Assembly (NCBI GenBank): GCA_024276825.1
Contig: JAJRWI010000069.1
Location: 1 to 64,000, forward strand
Length of the DNA stretch: 64,000 bases
Source of the DNA: an archaeon
GTDB lineage: Archaea > Asgardarchaeota > Thorarchaeia > Thorarchaeales > Thorarchaeaceae
Reading direction: 5' to 3'
Part shown: piece after piece, positions 51,010-60,878 of the stretch
Layout of the letters: each line of letters begins with the position of its first letter
How positions within the stretch are numbered: the first letter of the stretch is position 1
Notes under the pieces: model-generated
The model's input: only the letters and a program-made list of their open reading frames with translations
Database searches by the model: none
Told to the model about the DNA's origin: nothing
Program-made: the position numbers and the translations under genes

Positions 51010-53191
51010 TTTCAGAAGCCTCCAATTTTCCGAATCTTCTATCAATCAACAGTTTCAATTGACGAGCATTCTCAGACACCTGTACTAGTCCACCATGTTG
51101 GGCTATGACAGATATGCAATACAGCAGCCACTTGGCATTCTCAAGAATGAATATCAGATCCCCATAGGAGATCGAGTACATCTTTGAGATGTCATGCAGG
51201 GGTATTGAAGTGGTTGCAACCTGCCCAATGAATTGTTCAAAATCAATCTCGAGCTTTTTGCCAGTTTCAAGTCGAGTCAAATGATGAACAAGCCAGAATA
51301 ATTGAGAGTTATTCTCGATGATTGGCAATATAACAATCATCTCACGAAAAGTATTCGTGCGTAAATAGAGTTTATTTACAAGACGTCCAAGATGAGTTGG
51401 TCTCAGTTTACCATCAATCGAACCCTCGACTAGACCCAACCTTATCAGACTTCTAGCTGGGCTTGATTCACTTAGCGCTAGGGGGATGATATAATTAGCA
51501 TTGTCGGGATGCTGTTGAACTGCGGACACACCAAGTGAAACCAGATGCGGGCAGAGAATGCCATTCTTCATTAACGGTTGTCCGCATGAGCAGGTTGGTC
51601 CTTCGATTAGATTATTGGAGGAGGTACGGATTGAGAATCTGCAAGTCACACTGCCTCCCGGAATGCCCGAAACCAGTCCCCCAATAACGGTGGGACTGAT
51701 CTCGCGAATCTCCACTCGTCCTAGAACACCCTCTTTTGCCGCTTTTAGAGTCGATGATATACTATGGCGTTCTATGGCCTTAATTGCAGTGATTTCACCA
51801 AGTTCGAGTATCCGAGATGGAGAGTTGATATCACGAACACTGGTAAATGCAAGAAATGAGTTTCCAAGAAAGCCATGTTCTATTGAGTCAAGAGTCGATT
51901 CACCAACAAAGTCAAGAGCGACGAGCAATTGGTCGGTGAGGTCATTTGCAATCTGACTGTGAATCTGTTCATATTTTGGAATCAGAATTATATTTCCTGC
52001 ATCATCCTGAACATTGTCAAAATATGACTCAACGATTCTTTGAGCTTCGCCCCTGCTGCCAGCAAGAATAATGCCAAAGCCCTTTAGATCCTTTCCAGGC
52101 CGTCCTGCTCTTCCCAGCATTTGATGAACAAGATTTGCAGGCAACAATTGAGTGCTGACACCAGGCTGGTTCACATTAGTAATCACAACTGTTCTTGCGG
52201 GCAGGTTCATTCCAGCAGCAAGAGTTGTAGTTGCGCTGATGACCTTAATGAGACCTCTTTCAAACAGGTCTTCAATAAATAAGCGAGTTTTGGAATTCAT
52301 TCCCGCATGATGGAATGCAACACCATCATGGATCAGTGGAGTCAAATCAGGAGCAATCTGAGAACCCCAATTAGACACACCACCGACTTCACTATCGAGC
52401 TCTATTTTTTCCCTACGGGTCAGTTGTCTGCCAACTTCATTAGCAATACGTTTCGCTGTTGCTTCGGCCTCTCGTCTGGTTCTGTTGAAGATTATCAATT
52501 GGCCATTGCTCTGAACGGTAGTCATTATGATTTCCCGAGCCAGACGGGTTCGGTCTGAAGTCGAAATGACCCTATTAACAAGTGGTACTGGTCGTTCTGT
52601 ATGAGTAATGAGCTTGCAGTCAAGCCATTCAGCAAGCTCATCTGGAGCAGCAATTGTTGCTGATAGCGCAATAATCTGAACATCCGATATTATACGTTTC
52701 AACCGAATAATCAGGCTTTCAAGACGTGATCCTCTCTTGCCTTGAGAGAGAGTCTGTATCTCATCAATCACAACTGCACCAATCTCAGATAGCCAAGAGG
52801 TTCTGTGGCGAAATAACGAGTCGGCCCTCTCATATGTCATCACTATGATGTCATTATCTGCCAGTTCATCACCATTCATGTAATAATCGCCCGTTGAGAG
52901 AGCAATCTTGATCTGCTCGCTGGCATACTTTGCCCATAGCTCATTAGCAATCTGTGTAGCCAATGCTCGTAATGGGACAAGGTAAATGCCTTTGGAACCG
53001 TCAATTACTGCACGCAACAGGGCCATTTCACCAATGAGGGTCTTGCCTGAACCAGTGGGAGAGCAAATCATTAGGCTCTCGCCATCAAGCACTCCTTCCT
53101 CAATCGCTCGCACCTGCACTCCTCTGGGAGTGACCCCTATTGTACTTAGTATTCTTTTGATCTCTTGAGCAGTGTCAATTACGGCCACCAA
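50999..53191 (-). CDS. Hel308/Ski2-like SF2 helicase with inserted SWIM zinc finger
   Basis: SPTGSGKT, VPLRALA, TYE, DEIQ, ALSAT, FHHAG, TLAAGMNLPA, QMLGRAGRPG; CSC-x10-CPH; PTHLG. Confidence 0.85.
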   Translation of the reverse strand: MVAVIDTAQEIKRILSTIGVTPRGVQVRAIEEGVLDGESLMICSPTGSGKTLIGEMALLRAVIDGSKGIYLVPLRALATQIANELWAKYASEQIKIALSTGDYYMNGDELADNDIIVMTYERADSLFRHRTSWLSEIGAVVIDEIQTLSQGKRGSRLESLIIRLKRIISDVQIIALSATIAAPDELAEWLDCKLITHTERPVPLVNRVISTSDRTRLAREIIMTTVQSNGQLIIFNRTRREAEATAKRIANEVGRQLTRREKIELDSEVGGVSNWGSQIAPDLTPLIHDGVAFHHAGMNSKTRLFIEDLFERGLIKVISATTTLAAGMNLPARTVVITNVNQPGVSTQLLPANLVHQMLGRAGRPGKDLKGFGIILAGSRGEAQRIVESYFDNVQDDAGNIILIPKYEQIHSQIANDLTDQLLVALDFVGESTLDSIEHGFLGNSFLAFTSVRDINSPSRILELGEITAIKAIERHSISSTLKAAKEGVLGRVEIREISPTVIGGLVSGIPGGSVTCRFSIRTSSNNLIEGPTCSCGQPLMKNGILCPHLVSLGVSAVQQHPDNANYIIPLALSESSPARSLIRLGLVEGSIDGKLRPTHLGRLVNKLYLRTNTFREMIVILPIIENNSQLFWLVHHLTRLETGKKLEIDFEQFIGQVATTSIPLHDISKMYSISYGDLIFILENAKWLLYCISVIAQHGGLVQVSENARQLKLLIDRRFGKLEASENEN

Positions 53192-53192
53192 C

Positions 53193-55493
53193 TCACACCC
53201 CTCCCTCAACTGTTAGCGCCTGACGAAGTGCCATGGTACCTTTCAGAGTAATGCGATAGTTCGAATAGTTCACTCCATTGAGAAACTCGTGTCCACGCAA
53301 GATCATGTTTGCCTGTTCCAGTTGAATAAGCAGGCTTTCAATATCATCAATCTCTACGCCACTAGTTTGAATGAACTTCTTGAGCGCCTCAACTGTGAGG
53401 GGCTCGTACCGTTCGAGAAGCTGTAGAACTTGAGCTGCAAGATTAGATCTCTCACCAGTGACAAATGCAAGTACACCTGATTCTGCCGCCATTGATGGTT
53501 GTTCTGAAGTTCCAATCATACTCAAGCGTCTGGACGTGATGTCTGACTCAGAGGGAGTGTGCAACTTTAATGGTGGACCAAGCTTTAAAGGAACACATGT
53601 ATCAGGGTTCGAATCTACGAGAAGTGCATGCTCCTTTTTCATGGTGCGCAGATAAGAGCTCTCACGTGATGATATTCGTGCCTTACTATGAATCGAGTCG
53701 ACCACCGACAGGCCTAACATATCAGACATGACCTTGATGTCTTGAGAACTCTTCAGCCTGAAGGCAAGGCAAGAACTGAACAGATCTAATAGATGTTGAA
53801 GTTCCGATGGATTTCTTATGCTTAACATTAGAGGGCCACGCCTGAGCATGTCAGTGATCAATCTATGAGTCCATAAACCCCGACTACGGTCATGCAGTTT
53901 CAGCAGAAGATTTAGAGGTTCGTCTAGAATTATTACGACATTCTTGTCCTTTGTGAGGGCTGATATCTTTATCATGAAAAGGTCCCATGCAAATGTGTCA
54001 AGTTCATTGGAGTTCAAGTCTATTAGCATGACAGTAAGTGGGAACTCGGTCAACTTAGCCATCTTTGCAGTCTGGATACCATAAAAGGCACGAGCCCCGA
54101 TTCCGCGATGGAGAACACGGACTGCCTCAAACCCATCAAGTGAGGCCCTGGAGGGAGAGTCATCCGCTGTTATCGTGGGTTGGTCTTCATTGTGGAGAAG
54201 AGTGATGTCTGCTACAGTTCCTCCGTTCAATGCCACAGCTCTGCTTAGGGCATCCTCAAAGTGTGATGCAGAACTGAGTGCTGAAGAGCATATCACTTCA
54301 AGTGCGGTTTTCAATCTGGGCACAAACTCGTGCCTTGGAATGTTCTCAGCATCAACGGGATTCAAGACAAAGTCTTTTCCCAGGGTCAGACCAAGTGAAT
54401 TGTTGGTCAATGATAATAGAGACATTGCTCTTCTGTTATTTGTCAAAATTATCACATGCTTTCCGGACCTCAATATCTGAGGAATCAAAAGACTGTAGGC
54501 ATGAAATCTATCAGACCACTCACCACCAGTAATTAGAACTCCATTCAAGAGGTCATCATCTGTGAAGCCTACTATAGGCCCAGTCTGCAATGTTTCGGGA
54601 TTGATTATCACACCCAATTGATAGTCGCACTGCTTGGCACGAACGGGCGAGATGAATTCGCCAGGAATATTGGCCCCCACTTCCGGAGCGAGTTCTGAAA
54701 CCAATTGAATGGTCCATTCTGATAACTCACGACCGAGAGCATAGAATCGTGGTGTACCATCTAATATCCTGCATTCATTCACCCATTTGGCAAGCCGCTT
54801 GCCGCTCATTCTCTTCAGCCCGTGCTCAGGAATGGAGCCTCGAACTGCAGAGTCAAAGTATCGAGTTTCGTTCTCATTCAATGTTTGACCAAGTATTGTA
54901 AGACCTGTCTTCCACAAACCACCCTTCGAAATAATGATGTCTGATGGTGCCCTATGAAAACGCCTACTAAAAAATGGCAGTGGAAAACGCTTCAGTTTAT
55001 TTCTGTTGACAATTACTGCATTGTTCTCAGGTACCAAAGAAACAGTGAATGAGAAGCCAGAACTTGTATCAAGTGCTCTAATAAGCTTGGACAGGTTTCC
55101 TGCTAGGCGGGGAGGTTGCTTAAGTTCTAGGCCAAGTAAAAGAGTCTGAGGACCTGCACCCTCGAACTCTACCTCTCTTTTTCTAGGACCAAGGAATATC
55201 TCAGACACTTTCAAGTTGCATAGGCCAGCCTCTTGAAGCTTGGACTCGTCAGACCTCATTCGAAGACTAAATAGAAACATAGTGATTGCAGTTGCAAATA
55301 ATAGGACAACAACATGATTTAATGTTATAAAGATGAAACTATAGATGGATGCTACAAGCAATAGATCGAAGAGTGGGTTGCTTCTGATTCGTCTATCGCA
55401 CAACCGAGCCTTTCCAGAGGGTCTTAGTTGCATCCTGCCCTCATAGGTTATCTCGTGAGTGTCTATCAATGACGAGTTCCATCTAGATATCAT
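53193..55493 (-). CDS. Membrane-anchored VirB4/HerA-like P-loop protein with degenerate Walker A and C-terminal wHTH
   Basis: N-terminal TM pair; GVLITGGEWSDRF at the Walker A position, GKDFVLNP, VIILDEP, SIRNPSEL...AFRL; YRITLKG wing. Confidence 0.65.
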   Translation of the reverse strand: MISRWNSSLIDTHEITYEGRMQLRPSGKARLCDRRIRSNPLFDLLLVASIYSFIFITLNHVVVLLFATAITMFLFSLRMRSDESKLQEAGLCNLKVSEIFLGPRKREVEFEGAGPQTLLLGLELKQPPRLAGNLSKLIRALDTSSGFSFTVSLVPENNAVIVNRNKLKRFPLPFFSRRFHRAPSDIIISKGGLWKTGLTILGQTLNENETRYFDSAVRGSIPEHGLKRMSGKRLAKWVNECRILDGTPRFYALGRELSEWTIQLVSELAPEVGANIPGEFISPVRAKQCDYQLGVIINPETLQTGPIVGFTDDDLLNGVLITGGEWSDRFHAYSLLIPQILRSGKHVIILTNNRRAMSLLSLTNNSLGLTLGKDFVLNPVDAENIPRHEFVPRLKTALEVICSSALSSASHFEDALSRAVALNGGTVADITLLHNEDQPTITADDSPSRASLDGFEAVRVLHRGIGARAFYGIQTAKMAKLTEFPLTVMLIDLNSNELDTFAWDLFMIKISALTKDKNVVIILDEPLNLLLKLHDRSRGLWTHRLITDMLRRGPLMLSIRNPSELQHLLDLFSSCLAFRLKSSQDIKVMSDMLGLSVVDSIHSKARISSRESSYLRTMKKEHALLVDSNPDTCVPLKLGPPLKLHTPSESDITSRRLSMIGTSEQPSMAAESGVLAFVTGERSNLAAQVLQLLERYEPLTVEALKKFIQTSGVEIDDIESLLIQLEQANMILRGHEFLNGVNYSNYRITLKGTMALRQALTVEGGV

Positions 55494-55780
55494 GGGCCCC
55501 TCCTAATCATCGATTGCGAGAGGATCTCAAGAATACGGCTGAAATGCCTTACATGATTCTCATCACCATCCCAGATGAACAGCTTGCGATGGATAATTGA
55601 GATTGAAGGCATATTATTCTTTGACGATTCTCCATGAGCGACAATTTTGGGTAGTTTAACCAGTACTCTCCAGCTATAACCATGACCTGATTGCAGTACT
55701 GACATCAGTTGATCAATGTCGAGAAATGGCGAGATATCAAGTGCTTCACTAGCATTTGACTTCAATCTCAACACCTCCAT
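55490..55780 (-). CDS. Small hypothetical protein
   Basis: Overlaps both neighbours in the operon (ATGA coupling at 55490-55493). Confidence 0.55.
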   Translation of the reverse strand: MEVLRLKSNASEALDISPFLDIDQLMSVLQSGHGYSWRVLVKLPKIVAHGESSKNNMPSISIIHRKLFIWDGDENHVRHFSRILEILSQSMIRRGP

Positions 55781-56339
55781 TAACCATGAGCATCATCTGA
55801 TCGAGTGTGGCCTTAGTGATGGGAGTATGAGGATAAGCAGCTCTCATCGCACCCTCCAGAACATAAGACACAATCTCAATTTTCTTCACTAACGAGTCAA
55901 GAAACCTCCCCACCCCAAATATACGGGAAGTTCTTCCAATAACCATCATTCCAACGGTAGTACTCGAAGAGCTCATTGGTCTTACCACTACAAACCTGAG
56001 CTCAAACTTCGCCCAATCTTTGGCGTGAAGACTCATTGCCTCAAGAACCTTCGCTGAAGAATGTGACAGGTCTATGCCAATTGGTATACTACTGAATATC
56101 CGTGCGCTATATACTTCGATATGCCAAGGACGAAGATTTACCAGCATTTTGCCGCCCTTGTCCCAAAATATCACAGAACGACCGCCATGCTTCCTGTAGA
56201 TATAGGCCACTAGAAAGAGGCCAGTTAGTCCCAAGGAACTCTCAATAAGTCCCATTATACTGCTCAATATCAGAGAGCGGAGAAGTAATGCAGAAGCAAT
56301 AAAACCAAGTAGATATTTCGCAGAGAAAGTCCTCGACAT
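55749..56339 (-). CDS. Two-TM membrane protein with soluble C-terminal domain
   Basis: Two N-terminal hydrophobic helices; abuts helicase stop. Confidence 0.65.
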   Translation of the reverse strand: MSRTFSAKYLLGFIASALLLRSLILSSIMGLIESSLGLTGLFLVAYIYRKHGGRSVIFWDKGGKMLVNLRPWHIEVYSARIFSSIPIGIDLSHSSAKVLEAMSLHAKDWAKFELRFVVVRPMSSSSTTVGMMVIGRTSRIFGVGRFLDSLVKKIEIVSYVLEGAMRAAYPHTPITKATLDQMMLMVNGGVEIEVKC

Positions 56340-58301
56340 TCATATCGACCCCCTGTTGCCGCTAATGAATGTTTCAATAGCAGACACCATCTCATCCTTA
56401 CTCTCAAAGGGCCAAATATCGGAGATAATGTCAGATCCGAAAACATTCAGATAATTGTGAAATCGTTTATCGAAGAGGATCACTATTCCTCTATCTGTGG
56501 GGCTACGCCGTAGGCGGCCAATTAGTTGAGCAACTCGGCGTATTGACGGGACTACTATGGAATAGTAATAGCCCGAACCAGATCCATACCGTTCGTCAAA
56601 CCATAACTGAAGTGCCCTATGAAAACTAGTAGGTGGAGAAAAGGGTATACCAACACCAATGATGAGGTTAATCTGTGATGAACCATCCTTTACTAGATCG
56701 ATACCCTCGCTGAACTTCCCGCCATAGACTGCGAAGATTGCATGCGGTGTTTCATCAACTGCCCTCCGCAGATCATCCAATTGTGCCTTGGGATCCTCTA
56801 CAATTCTGCTTCTGTGCCCGCAGTCAATGTTATAGCTGAGAACCTCATTCATTATTCTATAGCTTGGGAATGCAACCAGTGCGCTCTTATTAGCTGGAGT
56901 AGTCGTTAATGCAACGCTTATTCGTTCTGCAATGGCACGCCAGAGTTCAGAACCTCGTTCGGTATACTTGGTGGTCAAGTGCTTGTCAAGCAATACTAAT
57001 CGAGTTCCTTTCTCATAAGGGCTCGTGAGATGTGCTGTACGGGCACTTGGAATCCCAAGGAGTGATGCATAATGATTTAACGGATTAAGAGTGCCAGACA
57101 TCAAGAGAGCTGACCGGGCACCTCTCAGTATTGGTGTTGTGAATCCCATTGCATTAAGAGGACGGGCTTTTAACACTGCATTCTCAATTGAGACCGATCT
57201 ATCCCATGAACGTGATAGTTCTATTGTGATGTGCCAGTCATTACTCAGAGTCGCCCGATGTCCAGCCTGAAGAATATCAAACAATCGTTCCAGTGGAGTG
57301 CTCGAATACGACTCGCCATCCGTTGGATCAGAATTGTCTTGATTTCTATAGAGCAATTGAGCAAGCTCATCCATATCCACAAATCGGGGCAATATCTCCC
57401 AGCGATTAAGAGCATGTTCGTTCTTGTTCCGGATCTTGTCGAGATTCAGCATGAATGTTTCCCAGAGAAAATCAATGACATCGAATAGCCACGAGGCATT
57501 CGTAGTCACATCGAGAGCATCACGGTTCTCTTTCAACCATAGAAGATCCTTGCCTGAAATCTGGGCAGATTCTACCTCCAGAACATGATCAGCAAGGTTG
57601 TGTGCCTCATCAACAATGAGGTCTATGTCTGACAGATCGACATTTAGAGCCCTCAGAAACGCATTTCTAACTCGCTCTTGAAACAAGTATGAATAGGGAC
57701 CAATTACCACCCTGCTATTGCGTGCTGACCACCGAAGAACTTCGTAGGGACAATAGCCAGATGAGAATGAGAGGTTCTCAGCGGTTTCTTGGGTGACAAC
57801 GTCGCCATTCAAAGTATTGACAAGGTCATCCCTAGCGGACTCTCTGAGCTTCAGATTGCCTGAGTTCGAGTTCCCAATAAACATGTTATAATAATAGTTG
57901 CATTCACCTGAACGTATCATTGCAGCACAGCCACGGGTGAATCCTGCCACAGAAGTCTGCTGAATCTCAGCCTTCATAGGACAGACATGGATTCTCGAGA
58001 CCATGCTTGTTGCTGTCAGATGAAATGAGAGTTTCTTCGCTGCTTCTGTTTCATTCAACACACGAAGTTCGGACTCAAACACGCAGGCCTGAGAATGAGT
58101 TCGTGTGAGTACTATTAACTTGGACTCGGGATCATTTGCACGTGCTGCAAAGTAACCCGAGAGAACCGCAATTGTCTTGCCAACACCACAATCTGCTGAG
58201 AGCAAGCCCACTGTCTTCTGCTTAAATACCTGTGTGGCAAAGCGAATTGCATGGTCTTGATGAGGACGGGGTTTGTATGGAAACCATGCCATTGCATCCA
58301 T
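56340..58301 (-). CDS. XPD/Rad3/DinG-family Fe-S helicase
   Basis: FPY.PRPHQ, ADCGVGKT, RTHSQ, four Fe-S Cys (VCP, GC, EC, YCPY), IVDEAHNL, MSGTL, FSEGID, QLIGRLRR. Confidence 0.9.
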   Translation of the reverse strand: MDAMAWFPYKPRPHQDHAIRFATQVFKQKTVGLLSADCGVGKTIAVLSGYFAARANDPESKLIVLTRTHSQACVFESELRVLNETEAAKKLSFHLTATSMVSRIHVCPMKAEIQQTSVAGFTRGCAAMIRSGECNYYYNMFIGNSNSGNLKLRESARDDLVNTLNGDVVTQETAENLSFSSGYCPYEVLRWSARNSRVVIGPYSYLFQERVRNAFLRALNVDLSDIDLIVDEAHNLADHVLEVESAQISGKDLLWLKENRDALDVTTNASWLFDVIDFLWETFMLNLDKIRNKNEHALNRWEILPRFVDMDELAQLLYRNQDNSDPTDGESYSSTPLERLFDILQAGHRATLSNDWHITIELSRSWDRSVSIENAVLKARPLNAMGFTTPILRGARSALLMSGTLNPLNHYASLLGIPSARTAHLTSPYEKGTRLVLLDKHLTTKYTERGSELWRAIAERISVALTTTPANKSALVAFPSYRIMNEVLSYNIDCGHRSRIVEDPKAQLDDLRRAVDETPHAIFAVYGGKFSEGIDLVKDGSSQINLIIGVGIPFSPPTSFHRALQLWFDERYGSGSGYYYSIVVPSIRRVAQLIGRLRRSPTDRGIVILFDKRFHNYLNVFGSDIISDIWPFESKDEMVSAIETFISGNRGSI

Positions 58302-58316
58302 TGCAGCGACAATCAG

Positions 58317-58934
58317 TCAGGCTCCCCCCATTCTAATGCATGACTCGGTACGATGCACTCTGAAACGTATTGAAAAATAGGAATATAGGAGATTATAGAA
58401 CTTCATTAATAATGTTGGTGAGTCATAGAATCGCTCTTTTCGAGCCATCCTCTCAACTATTCTCTTGCTAAATCCGTTCTTCTTTGCAGTTTCCCAGAAG
58501 TAGACCTCTATATCCTTCATTGTTGACAGATGATGGACGATTGTCTTCACTAGGAGATTAGTCAATAGTTCAATGGCCTTTCTTGCATTATGCGGTAAAT
58601 TAGATGCTCTTATGCTCATGGGCAAATAGACTGGTACACCATCAAGACTATCGTAATAAATCTCCCGTGGCACACCCTTGCTGCTTCGTAAGGTTTCCAG
58701 CAGTGAGAGTATTCTTGGAAGTTGGGGCAAGATTGGTTTTGATATGTCACGATCGCGCCACTCAATCTTCGTCAAGACGTGCAGCTCTGGGTCAGGCTCT
58801 TGTTCAGCATCAATTGCAAGTACAGTTATTCTATGATTAGTGTCTCTCAATTGAAGGTTAATCAGATTCAGAATTGAGATCCATGAGTGTGAAGTATCTC
58901 TTACAAATGCATCATGTTTCACCGCAACACTCAA
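58317..58934 (-). CDS. Hypothetical protein
   Basis: Coupled to neighbours in the operon. Confidence 0.6.
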   Translation of the reverse strand: MSVAVKHDAFVRDTSHSWISILNLINLQLRDTNHRITVLAIDAEQEPDPELHVLTKIEWRDRDISKPILPQLPRILSLLETLRSSKGVPREIYYDSLDGVPVYLPMSIRASNLPHNARKAIELLTNLLVKTIVHHLSTMKDIEVYFWETAKKNGFSKRIVERMARKERFYDSPTLLMKFYNLLYSYFSIRFRVHRTESCIRMGGA

Positions 58935-59377
58935 ACAATCTCACCCCGCACAATTCCAATAAGATTATCATCCTTGAACAGGACTTCTTCCTCTATGAGT
59001 TTGTGAAGCATTTTACTTGACTTTGTAAGCGAGAATCCAAGAATGGTGGCCTCTCGTAGGACATCTTCAATGGGCACAGGCCAGCCACGGTTGAGTTCGA
59101 GCAGGGACTCGACAATCTCAATCAATGTTCGTCTTATCCCAAGACCATAGTGAATCTTGGGGGCTTTCCGTTCCCTCCTCTTCTGATGAACTAGGTCCCG
59201 GACCAGTTCTTCAGCTTCAATGGTTGTTGCAGCATAGAGTGTCCCAGGCTCGTCGATAATTACAGCGGAGCAGAGAGAACAGTGTGAAGACTCGTGCTCG
59301 TTCTCAATTCTTACAAAACCAATATTGTTGCATTTGGGACATTGATATACTCTGAACATTCCCCGCTCCTGATGCAT
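58931..59377 (-). CDS. Zinc-ribbon + C-terminal winged-helix protein
   Basis: CPKC...CSLC; IEDVLREA..LGFS...MLHKLIEEEVLF. Confidence 0.7.
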   Translation of the reverse strand: MHQERGMFRVYQCPKCNNIGFVRIENEHESSHCSLCSAVIIDEPGTLYAATTIEAEELVRDLVHQKRRERKAPKIHYGLGIRRTLIEIVESLLELNRGWPVPIEDVLREATILGFSLTKSSKMLHKLIEEEVLFKDDNLIGIVRGEIV

Positions 59378-60420
59378 TAGGCAACTGCCTCCTGCTCGAT
59401 CTCTTTAAGCACAGCCTGATGGTCGCATCCCCTAGATCTCAGATACTTCAGAATTGCGTCCTGCATGTTATCCTTCTCTTTTGCATTCTCATAAAACCCC
59501 CCCCAACCTAGCTTGAGAGTCAGCTCAAACTCAGGCACTCCGGCATTATCCTGTAAAGCGATCTTTCTCTGATCATCCTTTCCAACCTTTAGATTAAACC
59601 TATAGTCAGAAGCATGCGAAAGAATGTGACCCCCAGATGGTGCATTAAGGCTGGATGAAAACTGTGAGATTTTGGACATCACTTGATTTGTATAAACGAA
59701 TATTGCTTCGGTTGCAGCGGCTGTTCTTCGCATTAGACTCAGCAGCTTATTCATCTTTTGCTGTCGTATTCTAAGGCTGTCAAGACCTGTGTACTCCGAA
59801 CGGAACAGTCCAGTAAATGAGTCGATTATGACAAGCTTGTAATTCTCACGAGCTAACAGGTTTGGGATGTTTTCGAAGCGCTCTTGAATTTGTGAACTGT
59901 CTATTATCGTGGCATGTCCAATATTTCCCAGAGCTACTTCTGGGTCTAGACCACGTCGATAGGCCATCGCCCTGATAATCCATGGTTTGAATGCCCTTTC
60001 AGTGTCTAGCCACAACACACGGCCTTCAAGCCCACCATCTTTGAGAGGAAGCTGTACCATAATAGCAAGCATTGCGCACCATTGCGTCTTTCCAGCACGT
60101 GCTTTGCCAAATAGTTCAACAATGGATCCTAACTCAATGCCACCCCAGAGGTGTTTATCGAGTTTGCTAACCCCTGTTGACAACCGTGGTTTTAATTCAA
60201 GTTCGCGCTCAACTTCGAGACCTGAACGAAATTCAAATTTGCCAATGACCTTTCGCGCTGCCCTTACTATTGAGACCGCTTTGCCAGGTCCAATATTAGT
60301 TCTGGCATTGAGCTCATCAGGGTTCTGCACGGCCAGCAATTCTGCTGTGGTGATGAAGGCGGCCTCTAGCTTCTTGGCAATAGCGGGACCTATGCCAGGT
60401 ACTGCTTCAAGCTCGGTCAT
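59377..60420 (-). CDS. Full-length RadA/Rad51 paralogue (second recombinase-like protein)
   Basis: HhH VPGIGPAIAKKL, FRSG, GKARAGKT, WLDTERAF, IIDSF, TNQV, GGHILSH. Confidence 0.88.
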   Translation of the reverse strand: MTELEAVPGIGPAIAKKLEAAFITTAELLAVQNPDELNARTNIGPGKAVSIVRAARKVIGKFEFRSGLEVERELELKPRLSTGVSKLDKHLWGGIELGSIVELFGKARAGKTQWCAMLAIMVQLPLKDGGLEGRVLWLDTERAFKPWIIRAMAYRRGLDPEVALGNIGHATIIDSSQIQERFENIPNLLARENYKLVIIDSFTGLFRSEYTGLDSLRIRQQKMNKLLSLMRRTAAATEAIFVYTNQVMSKISQFSSSLNAPSGGHILSHASDYRFNLKVGKDDQRKIALQDNAGVPEFELTLKLGWGGFYENAKEKDNMQDAILKYLRSRGCDHQAVLKEIEQEAVA

Positions 60421-60878
60421 GGCAATGCCTCCATGATGTCGTCAAAAAGCGGGCCAATTATTGTGACCAAGTTGAGAAATCCTTGGAGAGCATCAAAAAG
60501 AACAAGAACATCATCATTGTTAATGACAACAAGGTCAGACAGGAGCATAAGCAAGTCAGAGTGGTATTCACCTGCTATTCCCAACTTGATGCCAATGTCT
60601 GTAAGTGTGCCTGCTACGCTCACATAGCCACCAATGTAGTCAAAAAGAGAACCCTGCAAGTATCTGTTCAATAACGCGTTTTCGGGACTGATTGGATCAA
60701 TATCATCCCACCAATTTACGAAACTCTCAACTTCAGAATAGAATTGCATCCATTCTTTGGAGAACTTTAGATGCTTCATTTCAGCCAGTGCAGTCTTTGC
60801 GCCAATTAACCAAGCTTCAGGCAGGCCCAACTCCATGTGGTTCCCCATTGCGTGTTTGGCATATCTAGCAAACATCAT
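60417..60878 (-). CDS. Hypothetical helical protein
   Basis: GGAGG SD; ATGA overlaps at both ends. Confidence 0.6.
   Translation of the reverse strand: MMFARYAKHAMGNHMELGLPEAWLIGAKTALAEMKHLKFSKEWMQFYSEVESFVNWWDDIDPISPENALLNRYLQGSLFDYIGGYVSVAGTLTDIGIKLGIAGEYHSDLLMLLSDLVVINNDDVLVLFDALQGFLNLVTIIGPLFDDIMEALP

Noticed and set aside
56340-58301. Type IV CRISPR CasDinG
   Set aside because: No cas genes or repeat-spacer array in the window; motifs are those of archaeal XPD/Rad3
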